DNA from: a virus
Lineage: Duplodnaviria > Caudoviricetes
Direction: 5' to 3' (one strand)
Virus record (IMG/VR): IMGVR_UViG_3300020477_000032
Span: 1 to 54,509 of that record
Length of the DNA: 54,509 nucleotides
Part shown: one piece after another, positions 49,999-54,509 of the stretch
Position numbering within the stretch: position 1 is the stretch's first letter
How the letters are laid out: every line of letters starts with the position of its first letter
Made by a program: the position numbers and the translations under genes
The notes under the pieces: model-generated
What the model was told of the DNA's origin: nothing
Databases searched by the model: none
Seen by the model: the letters and a program-made list of their open reading frames with translations, nothing else

Positions 49999-51251
49999 TG
50001 AAAACATTTGCCGATTTTATAACAGAACAAGCAGTCAAGAATCTACACCTAGAACACATCGAAGATGAAGTGTTCAATAATGGTATAGTTGGTGCAAGGG
50101 AATCTATAAATTTTGTACAATCCTTGCGAGACATGCTTTCTGGTAGTTCAGACTCCAGTGTTGATGTTACGGTCAAGTTCGATGGAGCTCCAGCAATATT
50201 TGTTGGTACTGACCCAAGTGATGGTGAATTTTTCGTAGGAACTAAAGGTGTTTTCAATAAGAATCCAAAGTTGATTAAAAGACCAACTGACATAGCAAGA
50301 TTTGGGTATAGTGGTCAGTTGGCAGAGAAATTGCTAATTTCTTTTGTTGAGTTGAAGAAATTAGGCATAAAGAATGTGCTTCAAGGTGATATGATGTATA
50401 CGTCAAAAGACCTAGATAGCATTGTAGTTGATGGAGAACAATATATTTCTTTTCAACCTAATACCATCGTGTATGCTGTACCGAAAAGGTCGGAAATGGC
50501 ACGAAAAATATTAAAGTCAAAGATTGGTATAGTTTTTCATACAACCTACAACGGTGCGTCATTAGAAGAAATGAGTGCCGAGTTTGGAGCAGATATTTCT
50601 GGTCTAAACGAAATTGATAGTGTATGGTTTTCTAATGCAGAATATAATGATAAATCAGGAACTATCACATTTACAAAACAGGAAACCAGTGTCATCACTG
50701 GTTTCCTTTCTAATGCTGGTAAGGCATTTCGCAAGGTCAAATCAGCAGAACTCAAAAACTTTTTAGAATTCCAAGAATCACTTCCATCTGGAGTCGCAGG
50801 GATAAAAATAAAAACTTATCTCAACTCACTGATTCGACAAGGTACTTCTATAACAGGGGTCAAAGATCATGTTAGCAATTATGTCCAGTATGTTACAGAC
50901 TATGCGGAAACTAAAACAATTGGAAAAGTCAAAACCGAAAAAGCAAAAAAAGCAAAGACCGAACAAAGAGATCAAATCATCGCAAACATTAAGCAAAATG
51001 AAAGAACCATTCTAGCAGTCATGGAAATATATGCGAATCTGACGTATTCCAAAGAAATGATTTTGAACAAATTGGATACGGGGGTTCGTTTATTTCCCAA
51101 TACATTTATTAGAACTGATAATGGTTATAAGATTGTTAATGACGAAGGATATGTTGCCATTGATAAAATGAAGGGCAACGCAGTCAAACTGATAGACCGA
51201 TTGGAGTTTTCATATAACAACTTCAACGGTATTAAAAACTGGGATAAATAG
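49998..51251 (+). CDS. putative internal head protein with ligase-like nucleotidyltransferase motifs (DUF6267-like)
   Basis: MKTFADFITE; HLEHIED, TVKFDGAPA, QGD, EGYV, VKL. Confidence 0.65.
   Translation: MKTFADFITEQAVKNLHLEHIEDEVFNNGIVGARESINFVQSLRDMLSGSSDSSVDVTVKFDGAPAIFVGTDPSDGEFFVGTKGVFNKNPKLIKRPTDIARFGYSGQLAEKLLISFVELKKLGIKNVLQGDMMYTSKDLDSIVVDGEQYISFQPNTIVYAVPKRSEMARKILKSKIGIVFHTTYNGASLEEMSAEFGADISGLNEIDSVWFSNAEYNDKSGTITFTKQETSVITGFLSNAGKAFRKVKSAELKNFLEFQESLPSGVAGIKIKTYLNSLIRQGTSITGVKDHVSNYVQYVTDYAETKTIGKVKTEKAKKAKTEQRDQIIANIKQNERTILAVMEIYANLTYSKEMILNKLDTGVRLFPNTFIRTDNGYKIVNDEGYVAIDKMKGNAVKLIDRLEFSYNNFNGIKNWDK
51243..51250 (+). promoter_or_regulatory. possible late promoter GATAAATA before amt
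   Basis: One mismatch from consensus, directly upstream of SD AGGAG. Confidence 0.4.
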
Positions 51252-51262
51252 GAGATTTATAC

Positions 51263-52522
51263 ATGGTGGATACATTAGAAATTCTTAGGGATGATTCAAA
51301 CATTTTATGGACTTGTATAGCGGCATTTTTAGTGTTTTTTATGCAAGCAGGGTTTGCGTTAGTTGAAGCAGGGTTCACCAGAGCAAAGAATGTATGTAAT
51401 ATAATCATGAAGAATTTAATGGATGTTTCCATTGGGTCTGTTATTTTTTGGTTATTTGGTTTCGGTTTGATGTTTGGTGCATCGAATGGATATTTCGGTA
51501 CAAATTTCTTTATGTTCGATGGTTCGTCTGAAATAGCAAAGGAAACAGGAAATTCGGTTGGTTTTAACTGGGCATTTTTATTATTTCAAACAGTGTTTTG
51601 TGCAACTACAGCAACCATAGTTAGTGGTGCGGTAGCAGAACGTACTAAATTCACATCGTATTTGTTATTTTCACTAATTATTTGTGGTTTGATTTATCCT
51701 ATTTTTGGTTCGTGGGCATGGGGTAGTCTATATGCTGGTGAGGGATGGTTGGAAATAATAGGGTTTCACGATTTTGCTGGTTCAACTGTAGTTCATTCTA
51801 TTGGTGGTTGGGCGGCATTAGCAGGGGCAATAGTTGTAGGTGCTAGACGAGGAAAATATTTAGAAAATGGAACTATGAGATTGATTGCACCACATAATGT
51901 ACCAATAGGTGCGTTGGGTGTGTTTATTCTATGGTTGGGTTGGTTTGGATTTAATGCTGGTAGTACAACTTCACTTGGTGGAGATTTGGCATTTATTGCA
52001 GTCGTTACAAATTTATCTGCATGTGCAGGAGCAATTGGTGCTGGTTTATTGAGTTGGTTTTTATATCGAAAACCAGACCCAACGTTAGCATTGAATGGTG
52101 CTTTAGCAGGGTTGGTTTCGATAACTGCTGGATGTGATATTATTTCACCTAGTATGGCAGTTTTAACAGGTTTGATTGGTGGTGTTATTGTTGTTAGTGC
52201 AGTTAGATTATTCGATAGGTTGAAAATTGATGATCCAGTTGGTGCAATTTCGGTGCATGGAGTTTGTGGTGCATGGGGTACGTTAGCAATAGGATTGTTA
52301 AGTTCTAAAGCAAGTCTTGGACAACTCTTTATACAGTCCGTTGGAGTTTTTGTTGCCTTTTTATGGGCATTTGGACTGAGTTTTCCATTATTTCTTCTAA
52401 TCAAACATACTATCGGAATCAGGGTTGATGAACGTGAAGAATTTGAAGGTTTAGACATTGCAGAGCATGGAATTTCTGGTTACGAAGGAGTACCGATTCT
52501 AGTGAATCAAAGAGAGATGTAG
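51263..52522 (+). CDS. amt: ammonium transporter (Amt family)
   Basis: FFMQAGF, SGAVAER, HDFAGSTVVH, WFGFNAGS, DDPVGAISVH, GLDIAEHG; multiple TM segments. Confidence 0.97.
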   Translation: MVDTLEILRDDSNILWTCIAAFLVFFMQAGFALVEAGFTRAKNVCNIIMKNLMDVSIGSVIFWLFGFGLMFGASNGYFGTNFFMFDGSSEIAKETGNSVGFNWAFLLFQTVFCATTATIVSGAVAERTKFTSYLLFSLIICGLIYPIFGSWAWGSLYAGEGWLEIIGFHDFAGSTVVHSIGGWAALAGAIVVGARRGKYLENGTMRLIAPHNVPIGALGVFILWLGWFGFNAGSTTSLGGDLAFIAVVTNLSACAGAIGAGLLSWFLYRKPDPTLALNGALAGLVSITAGCDIISPSMAVLTGLIGGVIVVSAVRLFDRLKIDDPVGAISVHGVCGAWGTLAIGLLSSKASLGQLFIQSVGVFVAFLWAFGLSFPLFLLIKHTIGIRVDEREEFEGLDIAEHGISGYEGVPILVNQREM

Positions 52523-52585
52523 ATGTCAGAATTTGAACTTGCCGTTATGGTATTGATGGTAGTTCTTATTATACTGAATAATTAA
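52523..52585 (+). CDS. 20-aa hydrophobic microprotein
   Basis: MSEFELAVMVLMVVLIILNN*, starts immediately after the amt stop. Confidence 0.35.
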   Translation: MSEFELAVMVLMVVLIILNN

Positions 52586-52599
52586 AAAGGGGCAGAACG

Positions 52600-52941
52600 A
52601 TGCAAGGAACAATAATGGAAAAATATGTACAAGCAATCGACCATCTTGAGGAAGGTGGTCGTTCTTCGCAAGGTACATTATTTCAAGCAATTGGTTGGAT
52701 TGATAACAGTCGATATATCCGAAAGGGTAGTGTAGTTGGGAATACTAAAACTAATTCCATTTCATTCAAAATGAATGATGGTACTGATATAACTATCAAT
52801 AACGTTGTTTACAAGAAGGATAAAAGAAAATTTTGCTACGATGAAATATTGGGTGTCGAAGATGATTTTAATAGAACTTCTGATATAATAAATACTTTAG
52901 CAGAAATTGGTATAGACTTCAATACAGACGAGAAATATTAA
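52600..52941 (+). CDS. hypothetical protein
   Basis: Packed ORF; start may be 52615. Confidence 0.6.
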   Translation: MQGTIMEKYVQAIDHLEEGGRSSQGTLFQAIGWIDNSRYIRKGSVVGNTKTNSISFKMNDGTDITINNVVYKKDKRKFCYDEILGVEDDFNRTSDIINTLAEIGIDFNTDEKY

Positions 52942-52943
52942 AA

Positions 52944-53396
52944 ATGAAATCGTTCAGGAACTTCATCACCGAAAATAGGAATTTGGCATTACAAATTTCA
53001 GATGTTATATATAGATTTACCAGTGGTCTTCTTTTCGGTGATGATAGAGTTCAGTGCCATGAATCTGTCAAAAAAGTTAAAGAAGAAGGTCAGGAATTAC
53101 AGGTTGGTAAATTTAGATTTCACGGAATTCTAAGTTTCATAGAGTGGGATGAGTCAAAATGGGATTTATTTGAAAAGGTTGTAAAATCCGATACATCGTG
53201 GAAAAAAATAAATATCAAAGAATTTCAGAATTTGGTTATAGACATTTCTGATGGGTCGGTAAATGGGCATAGTTTTATAAAGGTATTTGATTATTATATT
53301 GACCCGTATTTTAATTCTGCTGGTTTAAGTTTTCAGGAAATACAAAAATCTTGTAAATGGTTTGCAAAGATTTACAAGAAAATGGGGATAATATGA
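52944..53396 (+). CDS. putative internal head protein
   Basis: MKSFRNFITE N-terminus. Confidence 0.65.
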   Translation: MKSFRNFITENRNLALQISDVIYRFTSGLLFGDDRVQCHESVKKVKEEGQELQVGKFRFHGILSFIEWDESKWDLFEKVVKSDTSWKKINIKEFQNLVIDISDGSVNGHSFIKVFDYYIDPYFNSAGLSFQEIQKSCKWFAKIYKKMGII

Positions 53397-54421
53397 TAAG
53401 TTTTAAGCAATTCATTACAGAAGCAGTTGGACAACGAGAACTGAAAGACATGGTTTTTGTTCCTTTCAGTAGAACTGATGCCAGTTCAGATAATGTTAGT
53501 TTTATGCGACAGTTGGTAATGCCAATGTCTAAAAAGATGTCTCAACGTCTTTTTGGTGAAAGAAATCGAGTTAAAGCGGCACATATCACCAGTGAAGGTT
53601 CTGTGGATGGATTGGTTAAAATGCAAGGAACCCAAAAATCATTGGCATGTATGACCAATCCATCTGACCCAAAAATATGGAGAGAAGGTGTTGCAACGGG
53701 TGGTGGTATTGTTTTTATTGTTGAAGGTTATCCTACACTCATTGCTAATATTGACTTATATAGCAGATTAGACCAACAAGGTAGACGTTTTATACCTTTG
53801 TCGAGTTTATTTCCACTTGACAGAGGTGAGTTCACATATCCACCTGAGCATGACAAGTTAATGAAGCAATTACGCAGTACAATATTCAGACAGATTAAAG
53901 AAGCACAGAGCAATATTCTTTTCAATTTGGTTTCTAGCAAATTAGTCAAGGGCAATGATAACTTGGTAAATCATATAATGCAGTCTGGATTCCATAACAT
54001 TCCAAAACTGAAAATCAAGGAATGGGGTGATTGGTTGGGTGTTGATAAAAAACTCTATGGAAAAATTATGTCATTTTGTATTAAGATGTGGTTCGATGAA
54101 ATGGAAAAAATATGGAAATCCAACTACAGAAAAATGGAATATATTTTCGATCCAGAAATGATGTCAGAACGAAGGATGGGTTGGGATGAAATCAATTTGG
54201 TTGATATAAAATTGCTCAAGTGTTATGTTGTATCTGAAACTGCTGGTGATTTATGGGGAGATTTCGGAGTACAAGATGACGATATTTGGAATGATGGTGA
54301 AGAAGTTGATACAGGTGGAGTTCCAATTGCTGGATATTTGGAAATTGATATGTCTCATGATGAATATTCAGAAAAGGGTTGGAAGGCAGTTCGAGATATA
54401 CAACAGGAGATACGTCAATGA
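53393..54421 (+). CDS. putative internal head protein (start revised)
   Basis: MISFKQFITE at an ATGA overlap. Confidence 0.7.
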   Translation: MISFKQFITEAVGQRELKDMVFVPFSRTDASSDNVSFMRQLVMPMSKKMSQRLFGERNRVKAAHITSEGSVDGLVKMQGTQKSLACMTNPSDPKIWREGVATGGGIVFIVEGYPTLIANIDLYSRLDQQGRRFIPLSSLFPLDRGEFTYPPEHDKLMKQLRSTIFRQIKEAQSNILFNLVSSKLVKGNDNLVNHIMQSGFHNIPKLKIKEWGDWLGVDKKLYGKIMSFCIKMWFDEMEKIWKSNYRKMEYIFDPEMMSERRMGWDEINLVDIKLLKCYVVSETAGDLWGDFGVQDDDIWNDGEEVDTGGVPIAGYLEIDMSHDEYSEKGWKAVRDIQQEIRQ

Positions 54422-54509
54422 AATCGTTTAAGCAATTTATCACTGAAGGTACTGCTTCCGAAATTAAGGAATTGATTTTTGTAGATAGTGAGTATGAGTA
54501 TCCAATTCC
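54418..54509 (+). CDS. putative internal head protein, 5' part only
   Basis: MKSFKQFITEGTASEIKEL..., SD AGGAG, ATGA overlap. Confidence 0.7.
   Translation, partial: MKSFKQFITEGTASEIKELIFVDSEYEYPI

Noticed and set aside
51793-52458. 221-aa minus-strand ORF and other minus-strand ORFs in the track
   Set aside because: Antisense shadows of well-supported + strand genes, with no recognisable motifs or evident SD.
1-54509. tRNA/rRNA genes and a cyanophage assignment
   Set aside because: No cloverleaf or rRNA-like segments in the short intergenic gaps. purM and hsp20 occur in cyanophages but are not diagnostic, and no photosynthesis genes are present, so the host is left open.

Overview
A 54.5 kb AT-rich segment of a large T4-like myovirus (gene order resembles marine T4-likes; no photosynthesis genes here; host not determinable). 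All credible genes are on the + strand. Order: glycosyltransferase and Cys-rich tail-fibre region (1-13.1 kb); head/neck/tail module gp13-gp23, gp3 (13.1-26.8 kb); uvsY-uvsW-gp55-gp47-gp46; an inserted nuclease + two DNA methyltransferase cassette with denV-like and DUF4338-like genes (32.5-37.7 kb); gp45-44-62-regA-hsp20-gp43; an IF2 N-domain protein, uvsX, purM, gp41; then a late cluster of ORFs with T4-type capsid-targeting N-termini, with an ammonium transporter inside it. Late (TATAAATA) and sigma70-type promoters and terminators are visible. Most interesting: (1) a window-wide pattern in which VGCB is rare except where it overlaps unavoidable GCNGC/CCNGG/GGNCC sites; (2) Cys-loaded fibres beside a GT9-like enzyme; (3) a circularly permuted gamma-type MTase in a putative phage R-M cassette; (4) an IF2_N protein with an amphipathic tail; (5) a ROSE-like thermometer on hsp20; (6) basic peptides embedded in the gp22 scaffold. 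All assignments are by motif recognition and synteny; no searches were run and all counts are manual.
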